DNA of 64,000 bases from Candidatus Bathyarchaeota archaeon (GTDB taxonomy: Archaea; Thermoproteota; Bathyarchaeia; 40CM-2-53-6; RBG-13-38-9). This document shows positions 19,391 through 27,250 of this stretch, in pieces. Both the position numbers and the translations under genes were made by a program. The stretch lies in NCBI GenBank assembly GCA_963807605.1, contig CAWECG010000001.1, positions 256,001 through 320,000 of the forward strand. The letters run 5' to 3'. The notes beneath the pieces were generated by a model. The model was not told the DNA's origin and ran no database searches. It worked only from the letters and a program-made list of their open reading frames with translations. The stretch's first letter is position 1, and each line of letters begins with the position of its first letter.

Positions 19391-19734
19391 GATGAGACTC
19401 CGGATGGTGCGGTGACATTCACTGCCCCACCTTCTCACAATCGAAAATCTACGAAGACAAGAAGGATATAGTCTTCGCAGTAAAGAAGCTCGACTCATCT
19501 GAGAGTGATTTCTACATTTGAGTCGATAAAGGGGGTCAGCTCATCTTCGACGGAGAATAGAATCCATTCATATGCCCCAATGAAGAAGAGATCCAACTAA
19601 TGGCCGTCGAGTCTACAGGTCGGATTGTTGCTCATACCTAGGCTTAACGCTTGTTTTCGGTCAATGCCTTTCGATGCGCTGTAGGATTCTAAGATTCTTT
19701 CGCTAAAGTGCGTCTTGGGAAGTTGTGGGGCATA

Positions 19735-20136
19735 CTACCAATAACGTTGAGGTGGAACGGAGAGACCGTAACATTGTGGACAGAACACCATGTTGAAGTA
19801 ATGTCTTCCACAGGCCTTACAGATCGAACGATTGCATCGACTGCATATGTACATAGCGGGAAGCTCACGATGGTAGCTGCAGGTACCCATAGAAGGAATC
19901 CTCATTGAGATAGCCCTTGCTTGAGGCATGGAAGGAGTTTGTTGAATCTGAGGGATACCCGTAGGTGAAATTACCCTAATTGCGGGGGCTGGCTTAGGCG
20001 CCGGTTGGACGGATACGGTTGGCGCTCCCACGGAGGCCATTGGAACGGTTGGAGGAGGATACATAGAACTTGCGCAGTTGTAACAGAACTTGGCTCTCTT
20101 TGGGTTAGCCTTGCCGCACTTTGGGCATGTTGGCAT
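19735..20136 (-). CDS. Zinc ribbon + Pro-rich linker + B-box zinc finger protein (candidate E3/adaptor)
   Basis: CPKC-x3-N-x6-CYNC; CSYH-x8-CSRC-x4-CKAC-x9-CPQC; 11 nt downstream of E1 with a GGAGG RBS. Confidence 0.8.
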   Translation of the reverse strand: MPTCPKCGKANPKRAKFCYNCASSMYPPPTVPMASVGAPTVSVQPAPKPAPAIRVISPTGIPQIQQTPSMPQARAISMRIPSMGTCSYHRELPAMYICSRCNRSICKACGRHYFNMVFCPQCYGLSVPPQRYW

Positions 20137-20147
20137 TTAATCCTCCC

Positions 20148-21389
20148 CTAGGTTAATCGGACAACAACTTCATTATATTCGCCGTCCTTTCTTTTAAGAG
20201 TAACTAGCAGATACTCTCCTCGCTTCAAGTCGCCTTTTCCCAGCGAATCTTCAAGGACTCTCGTTACAGGTTCCCGCGACAGATTAAACAACATGAAATC
20301 CTCAGCGTCCGGAAATAGCCTTTTTGAGATCTCGCTATGCGTCGATGAAATGAGTTCGTTGATGGGGACTTCAATTCTCCTAACTGTATCCTTTGCTTCC
20401 CCGTGTTCTCCGCAGACAAAGCAGTATTTGTTTTTTGCCAATTCGAGTATGGAGTACTTGTTGTATTTGAGGTCTGCAATCCAAATGCCTTCTAATGGTC
20501 TTCCAGCAGTCTCTGGCCATTCGCCGTCCTTCAGGTAAGCGGGATAGCCGAGAAGTATTTTGACAGCCTCCTGACTTTGGATTGATGCAACCAGAGATAT
20601 TGTCGTAGGAAGAGATGGAATTACAATCTCTTCAAGTGGTGCGTCGCAGGGGTTTCTCAGGCCAACTAATCTGCCGTACTGGTTGCCCGCTACGGGGCAC
20701 ATTGGGCATGGATCATCAGGAGGTATGTATGATTGAACTCTGCAGTGATACCCGGAAATCCCACCATCGACCATCGGTACAAGGTATCTGCGCGATGTCA
20801 AGGTCAAAGATACTCTGGAGGCAAAATTATCAAGGCCACTTATGATAAGGTCTGAATTCAAGAAGACTTCCAAGGGAAGTCTCTCAAGTCTACCCTCCAC
20901 CGCAGTGATCTCGAGGTGTGGATACTTGCGATGTAGCTTTTCAGCCAAAACCTTTGATTTGGGTTTCCCGAAGTCCGTCTTATCGAAAAAGAGCATCCGA
21001 CTCAGATTCGACACTTCAACTGTGTCATAGTCGACTATGGTGAAATGCCTGACTCCCACCATGGCCAAGTTCTTTACGGTCTCATTGCCTAGCGCACCGG
21101 CGCCAGCGATCAAGACCTTGGAGTCCCTCAACCTAGCCTGGCCTTGCTCACCCCACAGGATCATCTGGCGTGACCAGAAGTAATCGATCTCCAGCTTCTT
21201 TGATTCCAGTTGCAGCTTGTAGAGTTTGGAGGTCTCCCTTAGAGGTTTTCCGTCTAGGAGTAGTCTTGTCAGATCCGGTTCAAGACTGAGCTTGGCACAT
21301 ATTGTTTGCTTGAGCCTAGCCACAGTTGCCTTTGGTGGGATGTCGACCTCAACATCCCTAACTGATGGGATCCCTGCTAAAACCTTCAA
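20148..21389 (-). CDS. E1-like ubiquitin-activating enzyme (ThiF/UBA family) with N-terminal ubiquitin-like domain
   Basis: SRQMILWG, GAGALG, DYDTVEVSNLSR, LDN, CPMC/CFVC zinc site and putative catalytic Cys in NPCD; residues ~1-70 align by eye to ubiquitin. Confidence 0.9.
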   Translation of the reverse strand: MKVLAGIPSVRDVEVDIPPKATVARLKQTICAKLSLEPDLTRLLLDGKPLRETSKLYKLQLESKKLEIDYFWSRQMILWGEQGQARLRDSKVLIAGAGALGNETVKNLAMVGVRHFTIVDYDTVEVSNLSRMLFFDKTDFGKPKSKVLAEKLHRKYPHLEITAVEGRLERLPLEVFLNSDLIISGLDNFASRVSLTLTSRRYLVPMVDGGISGYHCRVQSYIPPDDPCPMCPVAGNQYGRLVGLRNPCDAPLEEIVIPSLPTTISLVASIQSQEAVKILLGYPAYLKDGEWPETAGRPLEGIWIADLKYNKYSILELAKNKYCFVCGEHGEAKDTVRRIEVPINELISSTHSEISKRLFPDAEDFMLFNLSREPVTRVLEDSLGKGDLKRGEYLLVTLKRKDGEYNEVVVRLT

Positions 21390-21407
21390 AACGTGTCCTT
21401 CAGAATG

Positions 21408-21992
21408 TCAAGGCCTATAGGGCCTTAGGATTGTGAATCTCACTACGTCCCTCTGGGGCGGCTGTCTGGCTGCGAGAGCAGGAACCGCTATTACGTTGAA
21501 TCTGACGGTGTCTGTTTCAGAGGCCTTCTTACGTGGTTTGTTCATCTTTGGGAAACCGAATTCGCCGCAGACCTTAGCTGCTTGCAAGCATTTTGGATAG
21601 TTGAAGACGTTGTCTGGATTTGGGTCCGAGAGGAGATAGTATAGTGAGTTTACAATGGAGACGAGTTTGAGGTTTGGCTTCCAGCTATCACCTAAGGTGG
21701 ATACGCAGACCGCGCCTGGAATATTTGGTACTATGTTTGGATGTGCTATCTCCGTTAGCCAAGTGACTATTGGAGGTTTGACGGGATAGTCGTCCTGCAG
21801 TTCCAACCTGAACCGTTGCCATTCGACGTATTCCGTGAAGGGCCATATCTTCTGTTCGGCCAGCCTCTTGACCTCGCCCTTCTCGCACCTGAGCATGCCT
21901 TCATAACTTGTTGGAGGATCGTTAAGCACTCTGACTGTTGGGAATTGGTGATTTAGAAAATCCTTTTCTTTGTAGAGTTGAGGTATGTTCAA
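21408..21992 (-). CDS. E2 ubiquitin-conjugating enzyme (UBC fold)
   Basis: DYPVKPP.V.W...IAHPNI.....GAVCVSTL...WKP...LVSIV..L..LLSDPNPD: HPN triad plus catalytic Cys. Confidence 0.93.
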   Translation of the reverse strand: MNIPQLYKEKDFLNHQFPTVRVLNDPPTSYEGMLRCEKGEVKRLAEQKIWPFTEYVEWQRFRLELQDDYPVKPPIVTWLTEIAHPNIVPNIPGAVCVSTLGDSWKPNLKLVSIVNSLYYLLSDPNPDNVFNYPKCLQAAKVCGEFGFPKMNKPRKKASETDTVRFNVIAVPALAARQPPQRDVVRFTILRPYRP

Positions 21993-21995
21993 TGC

Positions 21996-22247
21996 TTAAC
22001 CGCCAATAATGTTGTATGGCATCAGAGCCAGCTGGGCGTTCTCGGGAATTCCAGCGGCGGCGACTGATATGCTGTCGTCAAGCATGACTCCACCGTACAT
22101 CAATGAGACTGTTGTCTGGTCGATCCCGAATGAGCTGCAGACCTGTTGTTTAATCTCACTTATTGTATGTTCTGGAAGTACGTCGATCTCGGCAAGCCCG
22201 GACTGTGGTCCAATCGGCGCTTGAATAAATAACTTCATAGAAGACAC
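21996..22247 (-). CDS. Ubiquitin-like protein with C-terminal Gly-Gly
   Basis: EIDVLPEHTISEIKQQV / GIDQTTVSLMYGGVMLDD resemble ubiquitin LEVEPSDTIENVKAKI / GIPPDQQRLIFAGKQLED; ends IIGG-stop; GGAGGTGA RBS. Confidence 0.9.
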   Translation of the reverse strand: MSSMKLFIQAPIGPQSGLAEIDVLPEHTISEIKQQVCSSFGIDQTTVSLMYGGVMLDDSISVAAAGIPENAQLALMPYNIIGG

Positions 22248-22296
22248 TCACCTCCAGACTGAGTTTCGGGCATGAACATAAATCTTGTCATGGTTC

Positions 22297-23382
22297 TCAA
22301 GGCTGAACTGTGAGTGTTACTTGCGCGGTGTGTGTTAAAGTGCCGTCCGTGGCTTGAACTGTTATTGTGAATGTTCCGATTGGAGATAGACCGTTCGAGG
22401 TCACCATCAATGTCACCTGCTGGAAGGGCCCTCCTAGAACGGTCTCGTTTTGGAAGGTTGTGAATGTGTATCTAATGTTTGTGGGTAGACCTGACGCTGA
22501 TAACATAACCGCATGGACGTATCCATTCTCCGCATTCATTGTAACATTGTAGAATGCTGCCGCGCCACGCCGGATCGTTAGTATGTTCGGTGTTACTGAG
22601 AAACCAAAGTCACCAGGAGGATTAACCTTCACGGTCATCGTACTAGTCTGAGTTAGATTTCCGCTTGATCCCGTCAAGCTTGTTGTGTATATTCCTGCTG
22701 GAGCTGAGGTTGTCGACGATATGATCATGTTGGATGTCACTGTGCCGTTAGGTGGTGGCGTTACGGCTGGCGGATTAAAGGAGGCTGTGACTCCCGAGGG
22801 AAGACCTGACATCGACAGGGACACGCTTGAGCTGAAACCTCCCTTAGAACCGACAGTAATCGTCGTGCTGTTACTAGTACCAGCAGATAACACGACAGTT
22901 GAGAGTTGGGCGGAGATATTGAATTCTCTAACTAGGATGAAATATCCCACGGTGTTTGCGGAAAGACCCAGCCCATTAACAGCCGTAATATAGTAAGTTA
23001 TGCTTGAAGTAACGTCACTTCCAGGGATCACTCCAACGTATGGCTCAGAACCTGAAGGAAGCGTCATTGACTTGGTCTTCCAAACTGCCTTGTCCACAAC
23101 GTTATAGAACAAGGTTACATTCTGGACCCAACTGCCTCCTCCGAAGACCAATGCGCTGATGCTGATTGGGCTATTCCCCAAGCCTATCGTAACTGGAGTG
23201 TGAGTGATGCTGGGAGGTCGATAGATGAACAGAACTATTAGAGCAGTCGATGTCAAAAGTAATCCGGCAAATAGGATCACTAACAACACCACAAGTAGTG
23301 GTCGCCTTGAGGGTCTGGGAGATCTAGGATAATATGCACGAGGTGGCGGCCTTGAAGGTGGATAATAATGTTCTATCACCAT
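22297..23382 (-). CDS. Single-pass membrane protein with Pro/Tyr/Arg-rich N-tail and extracellular Ig-like repeats
   Basis: N-terminal YYPPSRPPPRAYYPR, one TM helix, then Ser/Thr-rich beta-sandwich repeats (V.LS.SGLP). Confidence 0.75.
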   Translation of the reverse strand: MVIEHYYPPSRPPPRAYYPRSPRPSRRPLLVVLLVILFAGLLLTSTALIVLFIYRPPSITHTPVTIGLGNSPISISALVFGGGSWVQNVTLFYNVVDKAVWKTKSMTLPSGSEPYVGVIPGSDVTSSITYYITAVNGLGLSANTVGYFILVREFNISAQLSTVVLSAGTSNSTTITVGSKGGFSSSVSLSMSGLPSGVTASFNPPAVTPPPNGTVTSNMIISSTTSAPAGIYTTSLTGSSGNLTQTSTMTVKVNPPGDFGFSVTPNILTIRRGAAAFYNVTMNAENGYVHAVMLSASGLPTNIRYTFTTFQNETVLGGPFQQVTLMVTSNGLSPIGTFTITVQATDGTLTHTAQVTLTVQP

Positions 23383-23522
23383 TTTCTTATCTCCAGCCTT
23401 CAGATGAGAATAATCTATGAATATTGTTTGCGCTCTTTTTTGGCATATCAGATTACCCTCACATGGTGCCTGTACACACGCTGACGTAGAGCGCTCTCGT
23501 GCCTCCAGAAACCGGGGACAGT

Positions 23523-23536
23523 AAAAAGAGGGGGGG
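23523..23536 (-). terminator. Pyrimidine/T-tract terminator candidate
   Basis: CCCCCCCCTCTTTTT-like tract on the minus strand just after the stop at 23546. Confidence 0.4.
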
Positions 23537-23545
23537 TGGAAAGTA

Positions 23546-24535
23546 TTACTTTCCGAGTATGCCCAGTATTCCGCCTACCAATCCAAAGAGCAACGCAACT
23601 ATGCCTAATGCTATTGGCGCGTAGACTTCCATCGTTGGTACCACTATCAGTAGGGCGAGGTAGATGTTGGCCAGAGAGAAGACGAAGGCTATGATGCCTC
23701 CGAGCGTTGTGTATCCCAACCGAATCAGGAATGCGCCCAATATTACAACTAGGCCTAGTAGCAATCCAACTCCAAGCGGGGCGAGTACGTACGGTGCTAG
23801 CCAAGACGGGACTATTGCCGTGTTGAGGTAGAGTAGTGCTGTAGCTGATGCGCCCGCGACTATCGCGAGTATTCCAGCAATCAGTGATAGTAGGAAGCCC
23901 CATAGAGCGTATGACCTACCCTGCGGGAAGATCATCGGTAGTGGACCTTGGACTGCGGCCATTGGGCCTCCCATCATTGGACCCATTGGTGCTCCCATAC
24001 CCATTGGTGGTCCCATCATTGGACCCATTGGTGCTCCCATACCCATTGGTGGTCCCATCATTGGACCCATTGGTGCTCCCATACCCATTGGTGGTCCCAT
24101 TGGACCCATTGGTGCTCCCATACCCATTGGTGGTCCCATTTGACCCATAGTGGGCATTGGAGCTTGTGGGTAGCTTGGTGGATATGCTGTTGGATAGCCG
24201 CCTTGATAGGCCGGCTGGTAGGATGGCGTTGATATTGGAACTATTCCGGCATAGCATTGTGGGCACAGGACCAAGTCACCGTAGAAGCGTGCGTCGTCTC
24301 TGCAAATTGCTCGTCCGCATCGACTGCAAATGTATTGGGCTGGAAGGCTCGGGTGATAGTAACACATTCCTGGCGGTGGAACTCGATATGGAATTGATGA
24401 AGGGACGGCGGGTCTAACAACCTTTACTGAAGGGACTGGTTTGACAGCTGGAGCTGCAAACGATGTCCCGCAACTTGAACAGAATGTTGCGTCGTCTCTG
24501 TTGGCAGCGCCACACTTTGGACATTGCTTTACCAT
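23546..24535 (-). CDS. Zinc ribbon + B-box + Met/Gly/Pro repeat + multi-pass membrane protein
   Basis: CPKC-x3-N-x6-CSSC; CYYH-x8-CSRC-x4-CRDD-x9-CPQC; MMGPPMGMGAPMGP repeats; about 4 C-terminal TM helices. Confidence 0.8.
   Translation of the reverse strand: MVKQCPKCGAANRDDATFCSSCGTSFAAPAVKPVPSVKVVRPAVPSSIPYRVPPPGMCYYHPSLPAQYICSRCGRAICRDDARFYGDLVLCPQCYAGIVPISTPSYQPAYQGGYPTAYPPSYPQAPMPTMGQMGPPMGMGAPMGPMGPPMGMGAPMGPMMGPPMGMGAPMGPMMGPPMGMGAPMGPMMGGPMAAVQGPLPMIFPQGRSYALWGFLLSLIAGILAIVAGASATALLYLNTAIVPSWLAPYVLAPLGVGLLLGLVVILGAFLIRLGYTTLGGIIAFVFSLANIYLALLIVVPTMEVYAPIALGIVALLFGLVGGILGILGK
23970..24134. repeat. Coding tandem repeat (3 x 42 bp + 1 x 39 bp)
   Basis: Unit cccatcattggacccattggtgctcccatacccattggtggt at 23970, 24012 and 24054; a 39-bp variant at 24096. 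Confidence 0.95.
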
Positions 24536-24764
24536 TCTTTCTTTTTCCTCCGAATTGAACTACAATTTTAATATTCTAGCCTTAAGCTACACACTTAAGC
24601 CTTTCCAAAAAAAGTCGAGGGGGAAAAATATTATTTTAACTCCGCATCTTTGGATGATAATGTCTAATATGTTGTATATCCCAAAAGCGGTGAAAAGGAA
24701 GCACCAACATAAACAAATTTAGTGAGTAACCAATATAACTATGCGTTCAACGCTATCTAGTCAA

Positions 24765-24875
24765 GCCCCGGTAGCTCAGCCTGGTTAGATGTCATAGGAA
24801 CACTGGAGAGCGTTGGCTTGGTAAGAGCCACTAAAGAGTCAAAGGTCACGGGTTCAAAACCCGTCCGGGGCTCCA
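24765..24875 (+). tRNA. tRNA-Thr(GGU) with two introns (D-arm ~24788-24807; canonical 37/38 ~24824-24836)
   Basis: GCCCCGG/CCGGGGC acceptor stem, TTGGC/GTCAA anticodon stem with GGT at 24820-22, ACGGG-TTCAAAA-CCCGT T-arm, encoded CCA. Confidence 0.88.
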
Positions 24876-25020
24876 TTTCTCCATCTCCATCCACTCGATG
24901 ATGAGTGTAAGATCATCAAATGTAGGAGTATTCTAGTATAGTTAGACATACAACGCTAGACTTAACGTGGTCTGTGAGAGGTAACTCTTCAACTATTTCT
25001 AAAGGCATTGGAGAGGATGG

Positions 25021-26262
25021 GTAACGATCTATGACGTTATCGTGGTTGGTGGCGGTCCAATAGGGTCGACCGTTGCACGCAAGGTGGCAGAGAAAGGCTT
25101 CAAGACATTGCTCTGTGAAGAACACGAATCTGTCGGAAGGCCCTGCCACTGTACAGGAAAGTTGACTGCCCACGCATTCCGAGATTTCGATCTCCCAAGG
25201 GAGACTATACTCAACTCTGTGAGAGCAGCTGTTCTTCACTCTCCTCGAAGCAATGAGTTGTCAATTCGAAGAAATGTAGTCGACTCTTACATTCTTGATA
25301 GAGAGTCATTCGATGTGAGACTCGCTGAGATGGCTTGCTCGTCTGGTTCCCATTTGTCAACGCAGACGCGCGTTTACGATCTAGAAAGGGCTTCAAGCGG
25401 TCTGATGATCTTGAAAGCCAGAAGAAGGGGGAGGGTTGTGCTAATGAAAACGAGACTTGTTATAGATGCTGAGGGTGCGACACCAATCTTACTGAAAAAA
25501 GCCGGCTTAAGTCCAAAGAGCGAACTTCTTCGGGGGCTCCAATACGAGATGGCTGATGTAGAGCTTGAATCGTCAGATTGCGTTGAACTCTACTTTGGAA
25601 GAGAAATTGCCCCAGGATTCTTTGCTTGGATCGTTCCAATAACAGAAGGCAAAGCCAGGATCGGATTATGTGTCAGTAGTGCAGAGGCGACTCAACCTCT
25701 ACAAAATTATCTTGAGAAATTCTTGCGTCAGCTAACGAGCTGCGGCAAGATCAGGGACAGAAGAATTGAGAAGACATACGCTGGATTCGAGCCGGTGGGT
25801 GGGCCGATAACACGATCCTATGCCGACAACATTCTTGTTGTTGGCGACTCTGCGGGTCTAGTAAAATCTACATCTGGAGGAGGGCTTTACTTTGGACTCA
25901 AAGCCGCTGAGATCGCTGCACAGACATCGACTAAATGTTTAGAGAAGAGTGATTTTAGCGGCAGACTCTTACAGGGATACGAAGCACGATGGAGGAAGGC
26001 TATAGGTAGAGAGCTACGATTCACCTCGATTGTGCGAAGGCTCCTAGACACCCTCAGCGACGCTCAGGTCGATCGAATATTTGAGATGATCGACGAAGAT
26101 GAGATAAGAGAAGTCATTGAGGCGCACGGGGATACGGCTTTTCAATCCAGACTCTTTAGACCAGTCATGCTAAAATTCCTTGAGAAGTCTGCTCGAAAAC
26201 CTTCCAATATTGCTCTTCTTACAGAACTTTTGTTCAGCGGGCTCAAAAGCTTCTTGGCCTAA
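25021..26262 (+). CDS. Geranylgeranyl reductase-family FAD oxidoreductase
   Basis: YDVIVVGGGPIG, LDRESFD, GFFAWIVP and VGDSAG...SGGG motifs; start codon uncertain. Confidence 0.88.
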   Translation, partial: VTIYDVIVVGGGPIGSTVARKVAEKGFKTLLCEEHESVGRPCHCTGKLTAHAFRDFDLPRETILNSVRAAVLHSPRSNELSIRRNVVDSYILDRESFDVRLAEMACSSGSHLSTQTRVYDLERASSGLMILKARRRGRVVLMKTRLVIDAEGATPILLKKAGLSPKSELLRGLQYEMADVELESSDCVELYFGREIAPGFFAWIVPITEGKARIGLCVSSAEATQPLQNYLEKFLRQLTSCGKIRDRRIEKTYAGFEPVGGPITRSYADNILVVGDSAGLVKSTSGGGLYFGLKAAEIAAQTSTKCLEKSDFSGRLLQGYEARWRKAIGRELRFTSIVRRLLDTLSDAQVDRIFEMIDEDEIREVIEAHGDTAFQSRLFRPVMLKFLEKSARKPSNIALLTELLFSGLKSFLA

Positions 26263-26387
26263 TTCACCCGAATATAATCCAGTTCTCGCTACGTTGTACA
26301 CTCTGTAATGGAGGTACATAGCCGGCCTGACTTGGATTCAGAAGTAATATATAGGATCGGAATCCTGTTGCCAATTCGTGGCTAGCC

Positions 26388-27104
26388 TTGAAAGAGTACG
26401 ATGAGACCATCAGAGCTGCTTGCTCAAAGGTGACTGAACTGATTCGAGACGGCAATTGGATTGGTCTTGGGAGTGGAAGGGCTGTGGCCCAAGCCTTGAG
26501 CGTGGTTGGCGAGAAGATTCAGAGAGAGAAATTGAAGTTAACCTTTGTTCCATCCTCATTTCAAATAGAAATCTTGTCGAGACAACTTGGACTGAGACTG
26601 GCACAGCTTGAAGATGGACGACCTTTGGACATGGCTCTAGACGGTGCTGATCAGGTTGAGATTGGCACTTTGAATATGATCAAGGGTGGCGGGGCGGCTC
26701 TGGCAAGGGAGAAGATCGTCGATTCCAACTCCAAAAGAGTTGCAATAATAATCGGCGAGGACAAATTGACTAGTAAGCTAGGGCAAGGGAAATCCGTTCC
26801 TGTCGAGGTTCTACCATTTGGAGTCGACGCCGTGATTGGTAGAATCGGAATCATAGGAGGGAGATCGACCCTGAGGGAGGGGCAAGGAAAGGTCGGGCCT
26901 ATAATCTCAGACAACGGAAATATGATAATAGATGTTGATTTTGGTACGATAGAGGATCCAATCGCTCTCGAAAGACAGGTTAAGATGATTCCTGGCGTGG
27001 TTGAGGTTGGCATATTCGCTCAAGTCGCGGATCTCGTCTATGTTGGAATGAAAGACGGAACCGTTAAGATTCTTAGAAGTAAAGTCGAAAGGAATATCTA
27101 CTGA
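26388..27104 (+). CDS. rpiA: Ribose-5-phosphate isomerase A
   Basis: IGLGSG, DGADQV, IKGGGAALAREK, VPVEVLP and SDNGN. Confidence 0.95.
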   Translation: MKEYDETIRAACSKVTELIRDGNWIGLGSGRAVAQALSVVGEKIQREKLKLTFVPSSFQIEILSRQLGLRLAQLEDGRPLDMALDGADQVEIGTLNMIKGGGAALAREKIVDSNSKRVAIIIGEDKLTSKLGQGKSVPVEVLPFGVDAVIGRIGIIGGRSTLREGQGKVGPIISDNGNMIIDVDFGTIEDPIALERQVKMIPGVVEVGIFAQVADLVYVGMKDGTVKILRSKVERNIY

Positions 27105-27112
27105 AGGAAGAG

Positions 27113-27250
27113 TGCCGGGGACGGGAGTTTCGGCTGTTGGCAGTCGAACCCGCGGCCTCTGGATCTCTCCAGAGTGACTCAGAGATCTTTATGAGTCCAG
27201 CGCTTCAACCTGCCCTTCTGGGCATCTAACCACAGCTGAGCCACCCCGGC
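27113..27250 (-). tRNA. Elongator tRNA-Met(CAU) with three introns (D-arm, 37/38, T-loop)
   Basis: Reverse complement reads GCCGGGG..GCTC..[intron]AGC G CTGGA CT CAT A[intron]A TCCAG AGGCC GCGGG TTCGA[intron]..CCCGT CCCCGGC A. Confidence 0.82.

Noticed and set aside
23970-24134. Possible CRISPR array
   Set aside because: The units are contiguous with no unique spacers, lengths are multiples of 3 within a coding frame, and there are no cas genes.
23848-24266. Repetitive His/Trp-rich and TNGYGS ORFs in other frames
   Set aside because: Shadow translations of the tandem repeat inside the B-box membrane gene.
19735-24875. Ubl operon as a tRNA-integrated island or defence element
   Set aside because: It lies 5' of and divergent from the tRNA; no duplicated tRNA 3' end, adjacent integrase or obvious compositional shift was seen. 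A defence role is not excluded but is unsupported.
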